This document shows, piece by piece, positions 33,286 through 47,229 of a stretch of 64,000 nucleotides of DNA (position 1 is the stretch's first letter; the number at the start of each line of letters is the position of its first letter). The position numbers were made by a program, and so were the translations under genes. Source of the stretch: Lama guanicoe (taxonomy: Eukaryota); NCBI GenBank assembly GCA_013239625.1, contig MU053561.1:5816439-5880438 (forward strand), written 5' to 3'. The notes under the pieces were generated by a model. The model worked only from the letters and a program-made list of their open reading frames with translations, made no database searches and was not told the DNA's origin.

Positions 33286-36085
33286 GAAGGTCAATATATG
33301 TATTTTTGTTGCAGAAAAGTATGTATGTATAAGAGAAAATCAGCAAAATATTCTCAATCACTAAATTATACTAAGACAAGATCACATCAAACAGGAATCA
33401 AAATATGATTTCAAAGACAAAAAGAAACTTCCAATTTAGAGAATTTCGTCATGAATGAGCGAAATTGATAACGGCATTAACAAACTACTATGATATTTAT
33501 GTAAATCCTTTAGGTTCACTTAAAAGAGTGACTTCATAGTTTTATTATGTTAACATTTACAAAAAGCCAATGATTATATTTCACAACTCTTACAACTCTT
33601 TAAGTTTGCAATGAAAAAATGTTAGATTGTGAACTTTAAAATGGACAAAGGCATATATGGTTTTTCAAAACTCTTTCAGAAAGACACAGGAGCAAAAATA
33701 TTTGAGGACTCCAGCTCTAGGCTAAAGCCATTTTCAGAGGGAGAATCCAGAAGGGCTGTGACTCAGCACCACTGCAGGACTCTTCCAGGGAAGGGCCAGA
33801 CCAGTCTTCAGCCTCCTCATTAGCTTCTTTCACCCTAATTCCAAGCAACCAACACTGGTTACTCACCCTGGAGTCACACAGCCTCGGGTGGCTGCAGAAT
33901 CAGTCACGTACACAAACACCTAGGTACCCTTGGGCAAGGTATTTAAACTTTCTGCGCCTCAGTTTTCTAATTTATAAAATGAGAATAATATTTACTGCTT
34001 CTTCGATTTCTACAACTTCTACTACTACTACCACTACTTTCTGATTTATGAAAGTTCCCTTAAAAAGTGCATGGCAATGGAGGTCATTATTGTTTACTTG
34101 AACACTCATTTAACTGGCAAGGAAGAATGAGACACAGAGAGGTTACGCCAGGTGTCAAAGGTCATTTGATTGGTCAGTTGCAAAGGACTGGAACCCCGGG
34201 ATGCTAGCATTTAGCCCACCTACCTCTAATTCTGGCAGTGACTCAGAGCTTGGTGAAGAATCTGGAGGGATGGTTCATAACACCTTTTCCTGACACAAGC
34301 ATTGAGAACAGCCCATTCTTCCACAGATTTCAGCGAAGCTCTGCCAGAAGCATCCGTAGCCAGAGTAGGGAGCTGAGGCTTATATACTAAGGTCTCTTGT
34401 CTCCTTGTCCTAAGGCTGGGCTCCCCCAATAGCAGAAGAGAGTCGGTACCTGCTAAAATCTCCTATCACTTCCCATTTGTTTATAACTCCTAAAAATCTT
34501 CATTTTTTTAAGAATCTAATAACTAGAAGGGACTTCAGAAATTGGACTGTCTTTGCTTTGGGGCACAAACCCTTCCCATCAGTCATTCTGCAGCAGAATT
34601 TCAGAGACCAATTTCCATCTCTCCCTAGTTGTTCCTCCCCAGTGTTGGCTGGCTTTGTTACCCCGAAACAGAGAGAAGTGACTGGAGTTGATGGCACTTC
34701 TGATTCTATTGACCAGTGATTCTCAAACTTTTAAAGTTCATGATCCCCTTTGATTAAAAATAAAATAATAAAGACTGATACCTTCCTTTAGTGCGAACTG
34801 AAACAATGTGATTAAAATAAATATTTTCAATTTATACGGAACTGCCTCCTTGGGAAATTTGGACTCATGCAGAGAATCATCCCAGCCCTTTACCCACCCT
34901 GTCCAGAAGCCATGTTCTGACACACACCTCTTGGTCCATGTGGGGTACATGTGGGGTCCATGTGGGAGACCACCAAAGATGAACAGAAAGAGGTGTGAGT
35001 GCACATATGTGGGTGCATCGGGATGGGAGTGGGGAGGAGTTGTAAGGAGGCAGGAAGAGGAGTTGTAAGTAAGCAGAGAAGAGTGAGGTGGGGCTGGAGG
35101 GAACAGCTCATGAAAATACCAGTGTTTTTCCAAGCTCATAGAAATAAAGGCAACAGGCAAGTCAGAGATTTAAGGCTCAGAAGATGGGAAGGGCCAGACT
35201 GCACAATTCTCTGAAGGATTTCTGTTTCAAAACTTTCTGGTGCTCTTTTGTCCATTCCTCCTGCTCTGTAGTTTGCTTACTGTTTTGCACTAATTGATCT
35301 CTCTTTAATTCTTGCCAGTCCCTTTTCTCCCTCTATTTTAGTGGTTATACTGCAGTCCTGCCACATTCACACAGATTAAGATGAGAGGGGCCTCATTTGT
35401 CATCCAGTTCAAATCTTTTAAAATTTTTGTCTGTGGTAACACAGTGAGAAATACATTTTACACCATGACCCAGCACCTGCATACATAAAGTATAACCAAA
35501 ACTAAGTTTTATGAAACAATCCTTACCTTACCACAAACCATACACTCTGATTTCAATTTTAACACGCCAGTTGCGAAACACTAAATTGATAAGACAACCT
35601 ACTAATGGATTACAAGTCACATTTTTAAGCCCAGACTCATTTTACAGAGGAACAAACAGAAACAAAAGGAAAGCTCGAGTCACCAACAGCATCAAAACCA
35701 GAATTAGAACTCTCAACTTTTCCTGCAGGGAACTACATTTGACTCTGAACAAAAGCTTTAATTGGAATGGGAGAATTTTTAAAATATGCTATTTTGGAGC
35801 ATGAACGCCTTGTCTGTTTTTGTGTGGGCTCTCTGCCATTCTCAATTATTCAGTGCCAGATTGTTGAGACCTAGTAAATGGAGAGACTTGGGTGAATTGG
35901 AAACCCAAAATACATTTGCTTTTTTTCTTTTTTTAATTCTTGGGAACTCTACTCGTGCTCCTTGCTGGTAACTGAGGTAGAAGGAAACTGTCTCATCAAA
36001 CAGAGCAGGGTATCAGGTAGGGGTCGGGGGAGAAGTGTAGGGGAACATGAGGAGACGGATGAATGGGATCTCCTCTTCTTTTCTT

Positions 36086-36219
36086 TTTAAAGAAGTTTTT
36101 ATTCTTTTCTGGAGGGAAGGTAATTAGGTTTTTATTTATTTAACAGAGATACTGGGGATTGAACCCAGGGCCTTTTACATGCTAGGCATGCGCTCTACCA
36201 CTGAACTATACCTTCCCCA
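36086..36219 (-). mobile_element. Vic-1-like SINE, long form
   Basis: TSD ctcctcttc(t/c)tttctt (36070-36085 / 36220-36235); ggtaattaggttt segment; B box. Confidence 0.88.
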
Positions 36220-39200
36220 CTCCTCTTCCTTTCTTCCTTCATCCATCCCTTCCTTCTTTTCTTCCTTCTATGAGCAAAGTAGTATTAAATATGTATTATT
36301 TACCAGGTCTTGTATCACTTTCTATAGATGGAGTGAAAAAAATCTCTTGAGAAACAAACACTCTGGCAAGGCAATCAACTTGTAGTCAGTCCATGACAAT
36401 ACTACACAGAGATTAAGGCAGTGTGAGGAGGAGGTTTAAGCCTGCCCCCTACCCAGATGATGGGAGAGGTGATAGGAAAGACTTTCCTGAGGAGGGGATG
36501 GCTGAGCTGACTCTAACCAAGTGAAGAAGGGAGGAAGGAGGTCTCAGGCAGAGACCCTACCTGCCCAGGTGATGGTCTTGCTGCTTTATTTACATTAATG
36601 GGTAGCATTCCTAACTAATCTTAGGGAAATCTGGCAAATAATCACTGATTTACACCTCCCATCTCTGGATAACTCTTGAACTGGAGAGAAAAAGATATCC
36701 ATCCACCCCTCCCTGACCAAACCAGTTTCCAACGGGCCAGACCTCCATGGAGGGCAGGGACGAGAGACAGCACACATAACTACCTTGCTCATTTTTTGAA
36801 TTTTGAAATTGGTTACAATGGAGGCAGTAATTTTATTTTATTTTACATTTTTTGAAATTAAGGAACTCAGAAATCCAGAAAGAATAGCCACTGAATAAGC
36901 AAATGTTGTCACTCTTTGGAGATGCTTAAAAAACAGAAACAACCATTGCCCCACCCCCACCACATACAGTAGGCTTGCTTAGGAGGCCTGTACAGTAGTG
37001 CTGGAGAGCCAGCCTCCCCCAACTCCCCCTCCCCACATCCCCTGGAGAGACTGGATAGGTTCATTTGTTTGGATAGGACCCTAGTGCTGGAGCTCAGCAT
37101 CTGGCCTCAGGCAAGAAAACAAAACAAAACAGGAAAGTCAGAGAAAAGCTTGGAAGCTAAAACTAGGCCCTTAAAATATCAAGCCTTTAACCCAGTAGAT
37201 CTTGGAATAAGGACTCTTAAAGACAGAAGTAAACAAAAACTATGTCTCAAGATCATCTTGAAATGGTATCATCAGTTCATTCTCGTGATCTTTATGTTGA
37301 AAACAATTCCATCTTTGTCTAAAACTGATCAAAACGATGTTAGAAAAGATAAGTGAAAACTTCGGACAATTTGGTAGCTTTGTCAACTTTCTGTCTTCCC
37401 TGTGAATCAGCAAATTCACTAAGGTCATGTGCTTTTCTGTTGAGCCGACCACTATCGTCTACTAAAACTATCTGAGGTCTTTCTGATTTAATTCAGCCAT
37501 TATTTCTTAGAAAAAACAGATTTGAAATTCAAAAGAAAGTGTGAATTATGCCAAGTTGTCTAATTCTGCGTCTCCTATCAATACAAAATGGTAGTTTTCA
37601 AGACTTTGGAATAAGTGACCTTTATTTAATGCCTATTAATACCATGAATTTTAAAAATGTATCCTATCTCATATTTAACAATCCTAAAATGTAACTATTT
37701 TATTCCACGAGGTTCAGAAGTTATGCGGGTAGTGAGAAAAGTAGGAATTGAAATCCAAATGTGCCTCTTTGGAATCCGTGATCTTTCCAACCCATCCACA
37801 CTGCCTTCTCAATCAACTGAGCCAGAGCAGGATCTAATTTAGTTAATTAGCTGAAAGCTACGAGCATCACCCTCAAGGCAAGAGAATACCAGAAATGCTC
37901 TCTTTCCCCTTAATTTCTCCTTCCCTCTCCCTCCCTCCGCATCCCTTCCTCTCTTCCACATTCCTCAGGTAACCTGCTCTTCCCTTTTCTCAGCTCCCTT
38001 CCCATCAAATGGAACTCTCCAAAGTGCCAGACACTCAAGTGTTCAAACAGAAAAGATCGGAGCAGGGATTCCCAGCAGGGGTTCAGAATTTTCACCACCC
38101 GCCACCACCCTGAGGCTCCAAGGAGGCCTGGGAGCTGCTCTCTCTCCATTTCCAAGGAGGGTAATAGAAATAGTTAATTCTTTTTAGGCTACTCAGATAT
38201 GTTTTTGTCTGGAGTCCCATCAGTTCAGTGCAGTAGGCCTGGTTGTGTTATGGGAAATAGATTTAATCAATAAATGATATTTGCCTGGCAGGCTAAAATC
38301 TTTGGAAACATTGAGACTCGCCCTGAGAGCTACTTAGTATTAAAATGGCCTTGCAATTTAATCTCCAGTAACAAAGTCTTAACTCTGAAGGCATCAGCTC
38401 CTTTAGTAAACATTCTAGCCACAGTGCAACCATGTTGGAGGACAAGGGTGTGGATTAAAGGACTAACTGAACTTGGCATCTAGGTCTACAATGCAGGACC
38501 AGAAGACCACAGTGGTTAAGATAATGAGCAGAGAGACACCCTGATCCTGAGTGTTACTTGTTATGGGTTATTCACCAAACTAGTGAACTTTTCTGTGCAT
38601 TAGATTTCTCATCTGTAAATAACAGTAACTATCTCATCAGATTGCCAACTGGATGCAATGAGAAATGCATGTGAGATGCAAAGTCCCTAATATGTAATAA
38701 TGCTCAACAAATGCTGTCTTAAATCTTTTTTCCAAAGGACCATAGCCCAGACGTGGTTTTTCATTATGTTGCAGGTACATCTTCTCCTCCTCCACCTGCC
38801 TACCGATTACGTCCTTTTATCACCCTCCGAATTAACTGTTTTGGATGATACTGAAAAATGCCTGAAACAAAAGCAGAGGTAAAGTGCCAGTCTTTCCACT
38901 CTGAGTAAGGACTATGGCTGGCCACAGCATAGAGGGCATGTGGCCTGCTGGCAGAGAGGAGGACGAGGAAAAGAACAGATAAAGGCCCTGTTCCGGTGAA
39001 GCTCACCTTCAAATGGAGAGCCAGGAGTCGTGCTTGGAAAAGAAAGAGACCCACGAAAACCAGACTGGGCTGAGTATAAACGTTGACTATGTAAGTGCCA
39101 GGAGGGAGGTTCTTACTTTAACAACAGCATGTGATGCAGGGATTCATTGTGGATGACTGGTCAAGGAAGATTTTGTTGATAACTCTGCCATCACCCTCAC

Positions 39201-39412
39201 CTGCTCCTTTTACCCCTTCCAAGCAGTCCTCCCACCACCACAGTAATTGCTCTCCTCAACTAAACATCAGTGACCCCTATGGGAGTAAGTGTAGACTTCT
39301 TAGCCTCTCCAGGATGAACCCAGTTTATCACCCACGGCTCCCTGATGTGTGCCAGATTGCTGTACTCATCCCCTGAACTCATCCTAACTTTGCTTCCTCC
39401 ACACCTTTCTTT

Positions 39413-39602
39413 TCTTTTTTTTTAATTGAAGTATAGTCGATTTAGAATGTTGTGTTAATTTCTGGTGTATAGCATAGTGATTCAGTTATACACACACATA
39501 TATATATTCCTTTTCATATTCTTTTTCATTATAGGCCATTACAAGGTATTGAATAGAGTTCCCTGTGCTCTGCAGTTGGACCTTGTTGTTTATCTATTTA
39601 CT
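39413..39602 (-). mobile_element. L1 3'UTR fragment
   Basis: 19-bp TSD ttcctccacacctttcttt (39394-39412 / 39603-39621); aattgaagtatagtcgattt...ttccctgtgct. Confidence 0.9.
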
Positions 39603-42600
39603 TTCCTCCACACCTTTCTTTACTCTTTATTCTCTATCTGGATTGTCCTCTTGTTATCTTCCATTTCAATGCTGCTTCTCCCTTTGAAATTTCCCCTAAT
39701 CCTCTCCTAAATCCCTCAGCATTCCCTCACCTGAAATTTATCATTTGCTGCCTGAGGTTAAGATCCTTCGCAAATTTGTTTTTTTTTTTTCCCGTTATCA
39801 GCTAGTTAACTCCTTAAAATGTAGGTACAATGTTTTACTCTGGGTGATACTCTCTGCCAGCGCTGAATATGTACTCGAGAAATGACTGTTGAATTGAATC
39901 AGAGCTGAATAACCTTCCTTCTCCCACAGGACTTTATTCACATTTATTCTCCTAACAACACCTCTCCAAGTGAAATGGAATTGATTCTTCTTATTTTACC
40001 AAGCAGAAAACTGAGGCCTGGAGAATAAAAATAATTGGCCTAGAAGGAGTTTTGAAGTGGAGGTGGGACAGAAGCTGATGTGGAAACTTCCAGACCAAAG
40101 CAAATACAGTGATAATTCTGCTTGTCATTCTCCTGTCTGTTTAGTCTCTCTCATCCCAAGGCTATGGTGACAGCCTGGAATGAATTAAACCCTGAATAGC
40201 AACTTCAGGTCTGCAGGCCTGGGATGAAGTAATAAGTCTCTTTAACTTTCTCCTCAGAGAGAATTTCAAAAAGTGGAAAGAAAGAGGAAAAGGAAATTTA
40301 GCTCCCAGAGACATTTACTGTAATGTAAAATTATACACAGCTTTAAAATTCAATGTTTTCCTTCTCTGAGGACACCTGGGAGAGTTTGTCTCCACTGTTT
40401 TTCATCATCTGAATTGCTTTGCTTAAAAGGCAAGTGGAAGTAAATATAGCAGCAGTATCTCTGATGTAACATTTATTGACCTGACCTGGACATGTCCTTG
40501 ACATTGTCCTTTAGAAAGGAAAGAGAAGGAGCGAAGTTATGTCCCTGCTATTGTGTGTAAGAGAAACTCCTATTCTTGGCCATTATCAGGGTATGGGGCA
40601 CCGATGAGTATAAAGAATAAAAATAAAGACGCTAAAGATGCCAGTGATTTGTCAGGTTTCCTGTGTCTGGCCGTCCCTGGCAGGTGGGTCCCAGCCAGAG
40701 CCAGTCAATCAGCAGTATTTACCAAGGTGGAGGTGGCCAGATGCTGACAGATCAAGTTCCAGTCCTGCTTGTTGCATTTTGAAAGTGTCCTGCCTAAAAT
40801 GTTTTGTAGGTTACTGAATCCCACTTTCCCTAATCTTTCCAGTCTCTTTTTTCTTAAAGCAACAACTTAAGTATACCAAGGATGAAACTTTAATTTTTAT
40901 AGGCCTGGAATACACATCAAAATGATAATTCTGGTTCTTTCTGGTGAGAGGACTGGGTAGCTGGTGGAGTCAGGTCAGGGGCTGGGTGCTGGGAGGAGGG
41001 TAGAGTGGAGAATGGCCCAGAAGTCTTTGCTGTATGTTTTTTGATCCTTTTACAATGAGAATGATTTAGTGAATTCCATATGTAGATTTTTTAAGTAGAG
41101 AAGGAAGGAAGGACAGAAAGGATGGATTGAAAAAGAGGTCACCTATGATTTATACAAGAAGCTTTATTTAGACATACTATGAACTCTCAATTATCCCCAA
41201 GTAAAATATGTTTGGTAGGTTAACTGTGATTGTTTTTTCCAGTGTCTAGGATAATGTTTCAACTCTTTTTTTTTTAATTTTGCACCTTTAATGTAAATTT
41301 TAAGTTATGTACCACACATAAATAATTTATATGTACATAAGCTATATTTAGTAATTATGTATGTGTACATATATATACGTCTGTCTACCCATTTCTGTTT
41401 GTCAATTACTTTCTCGTTTTCTTGATAAGATGGAACAAGAGAACCTTGTGATGGTACTGCTGGCATGCATGCCCACCGCCCATTTTAAGACCACTGGTCA
41501 AATTAACAGAATAAATTAATAGAGCTAGGAGTTAATGTATACACTAATGTACACGAAATCCCTCACACAGTGCCTGGCATATGCTACCCGCTCTGTAATA
41601 CTAAGAACCTTTCTTTTCCCCCTTGTCCATGGAAAAGAACAGGACTGAAATGAAAGAATTTCAATTTGTGAGCGTCTGGCCTGGGAAAGTTAGAGCTGGG
41701 AAGTGTTTGATATTATTTCACCCGTCCTCCTCATCTTAAGACAGGGAAACTGAGGGCCAGGGAGAGTTGCTTGTTTAATAAGGATTAGAAACCCATTGAG
41801 TGGCAATGCCAGGTGTCAACGAAATTCTCTAAAGTTCCCTGTGTACCTGTGGCTCATTTCTAAACCAATTAAAATGACTAAATTACTAGTTTTCAGATTC
41901 ACTGCCTTCTCTCTTCCCTTCTTTTAGTATGTTTAAGTTAAAAACTTTTATTTTATACCTCCATGTGCCATAGGAGTAAAATTTCAGAGGAGACAGAAAC
42001 GCAGTAAAAGTTTAAAAATCATGTTAAGTACTGGGCTGAAGGCATTCTGACCTCTCCCAGAGCAGAGTAGACACAATCAACAGCAGGTGTTTTTTATTGC
42101 TGTTATTATTATTAGCATCTTTGTCCTCATCAGTTTGGCTTCCACGTAAGTGTGAATAGGTTTTCAAAAGAGTCAGGACTGAGCAGCTTCTCTCGTCCTG
42201 AAGGAGTTCGCCAGCATACAGGTGGCTTCTAAGAACAATACCCACCCCTGGCTCCCCAGGTGGCTTTGTGATGCTGAGCTCCTCCTGCAAATCGCGGGGA
42301 GGCCTTCCAGAGGGAAGCTCCCAGCCATCAGCCTGCTGCCTGGGGCGAGCGCCTGGAAAAGTTTACCTAATTCCCACCTAGAAAAACAGAGCTCTCCTCT
42401 GGAATTCAAACACAATTTAGAGAGGGCAGAGAATCTCACAGCCTGGGGCCCCATGTCTGCCTGGTGCCAAAACAACCACACATTCTGTTCACAGTTTGCA
42501 AAGCAGTTGAGAGGCAGGGGCCTGAGTAACAGGCAGGTTTTACAGAGTTCACCATTCCCATTTTACAAAGTTAAAAGAAAACAAAACAAAAACGGATCGA

Positions 42601-43454
42601 AGAAGGTGAGGAGGAAGGAAAAGGCACTCACGTGGCTTGAGAGCCCAGGGGTCCTAGACACCAGCTATTTTACATTTCTTATCTCACTTTCTCAGCCTCC
42701 CTGGAAGGAGGAAGATTTATTCCCATTTTTGCAGAAACTGAAGCTCAAAGGCCAAGCAGCACATCCAGGGTTACACAACAACAAAGGGGCAGAACCAAAA
42801 ATGAAGCCCACACCCTTTGAACTGTGACCCAGTGAATGCACCTTCCACAGCCTCAAATGAGGAAACTGAATCCCAGAGCACTTTACGAGTGCCCTGCAGA
42901 AGGTCATGTAACTAAGAAATAGCAGGGCTGGCATCTGCATGTAATTCAGGCCTCAAGCTTGAGGTGAACAGTCTGTGTTTAACAAGATGTTTTGTTTGCC
43001 TATGGGAAACAGATAGTGAGCTGGAAGAAAAGGAGATGTTACACATAAGTTGACTTGTTTACAATAGATCAGTTAACTTGGGTTGGAGGCGTGGTTTGCA
43101 GGGAGAAATCTCTATGAAATCATAGATCAAATAGAAAAAGTAGGACTGAAATGAAGTAAACCCAGGAGGCTACGCTGAACAGAGAACAAAACCACATTTC
43201 TCTCTTTGGCCTTAATCAAGTCTTTAAAACAACCACCCAATTTTTAAAATAAAAATGGTACATTTTCATAATAAAAAATTTAAAACATACAAAAGATATA
43301 ACATGAAGTCACTTTTCCTCCCTCCTCTGAGCCTCCGCCAATCCCCCATCCTCCATCCTCACTGCCAGCCTGGCCACCATGGAGTATCCAGAGACCTTCA
43401 TTCAGCCTAAACAGAAAGGGTCCTAGGTGTTAGAAGATAATGCTCATTATATGG

Positions 43455-43911
43455 TGTTGACTGAAGAAAAAGGCACAACCTACAAGTTTCGAGTTGTTTG
43501 ATTCAGGGATCTTACTGAGGTCCATAGCCTGGGAGACAGCCTCTCAGAAAACAGACTCAGAGGAACTGCTCCAAAGAGGTAAGAGAGGAGCCAGGATATA
43601 CAGGAGTTTTTTGCTGGAAAAATAAAAACATGCAGTCAAATATCAAAGGATACCACTAATCACAAAGGACAGACATCTTAAGTTAATGATTTGGGTGCTT
43701 TTCTATGTATATGGAAGGATGCAAGGATCTGGGTTCACTGAAATTATTCCTTAGATATGCATCTTAACTGTCTAGGGCCAGTAGCCAAAGCACAGAATTC
43801 TTCCTGTTCTCCTCCATCCTGAATTCCCCTCAGGGCTCACCATAGGTGCCACAGTGGCTAATGGATTGGTCCTTATAGAACTGGGATGGCAGGCAACACT
43901 CCCTGTTCACA
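43455..43911 (-). mobile_element. Solo ERV1 LTR, MER41-like (artiodactyl type)
   Basis: TG...CA ends, near-TSD atgg/attg, gcctgggagacagcctctcag...actgctccaaagaggtaag, caagttaatgattt-like motifs. Confidence 0.7.
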
Positions 43912-45169
43912 ATTGTGTGATTTGAGAAGCCTGTAAAGATCCAATGCTTTGTCCAAAATTCATCTCTGCTGGCCTGGTGCCACCTTCCCCTTTGACCTAG
44001 CAGGAAATACCCCCCAGTGAGGGGTAATCCTAATGCTAAGCAAAGATGAGGACATTGCTTCCAGGACTACACAGGAAAAGGGTAACTGTCAGCCTCAGTA
44101 ATTTTGCCCAAATGCATATCCGTTCCTCAACCTAATCATTATTCTCTGGTTATTTGGTTCTCTCCATTTTCTTCTTCAAAAAAGCCCCCGCTAAGGCAAA
44201 TCCTGATTTCAGGATTTTAAATAAAATACACTTTCCCATGGTTGCACATTTTCCAAAGAGCCAGCTTGACGCAAACTCGATTTTGCTCACTGGTGAAGCG
44301 CGAGGGATTTACGACCAAGTGGCTGCCCTCCTTTCCTGATGCCCTGTCACTGACCTCGCAAGAGCATAACTTATGGAGGTCCTCACACTCCACTCTCTCT
44401 CTACAGAGTAAAACAACAAAAAGAAAAAGGTGAGGCCACTGTTACTCAGGTCTTTTTCAGGCTTATAATAATCAAAATAGCTAAGGAAGCAAAGTTTAAC
44501 ACCTGTTTCATTTGTGTCTTTCCAAATTGGAACAAAGCCTTTGCCCAACTTCGCTGCTCTTCAAAGATTCTGTCCTGTTTCTACCAGTCTCTGGCAAACA
44601 CCTCTAACAAATCATCTGCCTTGGCAGTTATCTTTCCCTCTTAACTTCCAATAATTTGGTTTTGATCTCCATTGAAGACGTAATTAGGGGCCATTATTAC
44701 TTCAGAATGGGTGGATTCAAATGCTCCTTCTCAGTCTTTACTGACTCACAGAGTCCCCTATTGAATTTGTTACTGCAAACCACACCCTAAAAGATGGCTC
44801 TTTTTAAAATTTAAATTAAGAAATAAGAATAATTATAGGAATAGTATAGCAAACATTGAAAGTTCTAAATATGAGGTAGAAAAAGTCACCTACAATGCCA
44901 CTACACTCCCCAAAATAAACATTTTTTTTAAGTTATGTTTATCGGGCACTAGCTCAATGCATTATAGTTCATCCTGCGGAAAGTTATGCAACATTTGAAG
45001 ACAATGAGGTAAACCTATAGGCATGAACAAAACTTCCGTAGTAATTATGTGAAAGTGCAAAATAGCATACACAAGAATATGCATCATGAAATACCATTCG
45101 TGTATTTTTATAGATAGATATTGATGAAATAAAATTATTTTTAAGGCAGGACAAGAAAATGTTTAAACA

Positions 45170-45568
45170 TAACATTCTCTCCCTGCCTGTTGGGTTACTA
45201 TCCCCCTGCCCTTCAGCGTGCAGCGTGCCCCTGCATTATCCATTAGAAGACACAGCAATGCCTATTCGCCAAAAAAAGCGACTTCCGCCTGGTGCCAGCA
45301 AGGTAACTCCTTAGGAGATAACATTCCTTTTTCAATCTTGTAAGGGGGTCACACTAACCCACTACTCACCTTGCTGGACTATGTTAACTGTCAATATGTT
45401 ACTTTGATGTATAATCCAAAAATTTATAGAACTGTGCTTTGACCTCTAAGGGATAGAATAGTCCTCAGAGCTTTCAAAAAACACTGTCTGAGGGTTAGGA
45501 TCCTCAGGTTGGCTCAAGTAAAATTTTCCATTTCTTTCTTAGATTGACTACTAATTTTTTCATTGACA
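45170..45568 (+). mobile_element. ERV1-class LTR fragment (MER34/MER39-like), 5' part missing
   Basis: Characteristic U5 end atcctcaggttggctcaagtaaaattttccatttc...ttttttcattgaca. Confidence 0.6.
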
Positions 45569-46337
45569 ATTGTCAGGCTGGGATATGTATGCAGATTTTC
45601 TGGAAGGACACCTGAGACACCATGCACGATGGTTGCTTCTAGACTCTAGAAAAACGAAATGCCATATAGGAAAAAGGATTTTACTTTTCTATTTATACTT
45701 TCTTTGGTTGATTGATTTATTTTCTGTGAATGCATTTTTAAAAAATGTAGTTAAATGTATTTAATGTATTTAAAAATACTAATATTTAAGACAAAAGCTG
45801 TGCACAATTAATTTTTTTGAAATCAATAAAACAACTGTCTACACATGTATCATGTGAAGCTCATTAATTATGAAATCAACATTCAAAACAAATTTATTAC
45901 ATTTAAAAAGCATCTGAAGGCTAGGTTTGATGTCATTCTACAGAAATTCACAAGATTGCATAATAATTTTTGAGAAATGAGAAGCAAACATAAATTAAAC
46001 ATCACTTATAGTTTAAATAATAATTTCAAAAGAAAAATGATACAAAATTCTGTCAGAAGTTTCCAAGGAAATTTGATATTTGATTTGGGATGTGGTATTT
46101 TGAGATGTTTTGTATGATACCACTATGCTTGAAGCACAAGAGGCTCTTAAAATGGACCTGGGTAGCATCAACTCCAAAATATCTGTATCTATACAGACAT
46201 ATATGAAGTAAACTTACATATTTATATATATAAATAAATTCATATCTAATTCTGTCTATGATATTTGATAAAAGGCTATTTGATGTGTACAAGGAATGAT
46301 AAACTTGTCATGAGAGGACTTCACTACCTCTTTCTGC

Positions 46338-46423
46338 TTTTATTTTAATGGAGGTACTGGAGATTGAACCCAGGACCTCATGCATGCTAAGCATGTGCTC
46401 TACCACTGAGCTATTTCTCTCCC
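46338..46423 (-). mobile_element. Vic-1-like SINE, short form
   Basis: ggaggtactggagattgaacccaggacctcatgcatgctaagcatgtgctctaccactgagcta. Confidence 0.9.
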
Positions 46424-46634
46424 TGCATTTGGTACTACTTTTAAATTACATCCATATAATACATAAATTTTACCTCCCCAAAAAGTTTTTCATGTGAAAA
46501 AAGTAAGACTTTAAAAACTGTGGTCTTAAAATCTTCAATGATCCCTGGAAGATTTTGGCTGGATTAGTAAAAGATGATTTATGAGCACTTAAAGGAATTA
46601 ACCCAGGTGCCAATTTGGGTCCACTAAGGGCAAG

Positions 46635-47200
46635 TTCATTCATTCAACAAATATTTACTGTGCACCAGATGGATCCCAGTTACTGTGCAAAGCTATGAAG
46701 AATGAAGCCGAAAACAAAACAGGCACGTTCCTGCCCCTCGTGGAAATCTAGTGAGGAAAACAAATACTAACAAAAATTACAGCATAATTACACTTGTGAT
46801 AAGTGCTATGAAAGGAAACACAGGGAGACATGTGAGAACATAATCAGAGGGACTGGCCTCACTGCAGGAGGGGGCAGTGCGAGAGAAATCCTCTGTGAGC
46901 AAGCAGCATGAAATCTGAGCCCTGAGGCTGAATAGAAATTGGGAGGGGCAGGATTGCTACAGAGACCATCTAAAAACCACATGTGAAAAAGGCATGAGAC
47001 AGCAATAAACTTGGCATGCTAGACGAACAGAGAAAAAGCTGAGGTGGCTGGAACAGTAAACAGGGGGGAGTGCAAGAGAGAGACTAGCCAGGTTACTGGG
47101 ACCCGTATCACACAGGCACTAATGCTGTTTCCTTTTTTGAAGTGATTACTAGACAGGTAGATTAAAGAAATCCAAGGACACACTAAATTTGTTTCCAGCA
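46635..47200 (-). mobile_element. L2 fragment
   Basis: ttcattcattcaacaaatatttactgtgc...cctgccctcgtgga...gataagtgctatgaaaggaaa. Confidence 0.75.
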
Positions 47201-47229
47201 AGACAGTGGATCAAAATGCTTGGGATGAA

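Noticed and set aside
40488..40510. p53 response element (ggacatgtcc followed by tgacattgtcc)
   Set aside because: Only one canonical half-site; the second needs a gap.
42222..42827. 201-aa plus-strand ORF
   Set aside because: GTG start, runs into a MIR-like sequence, no recognisable protein family.
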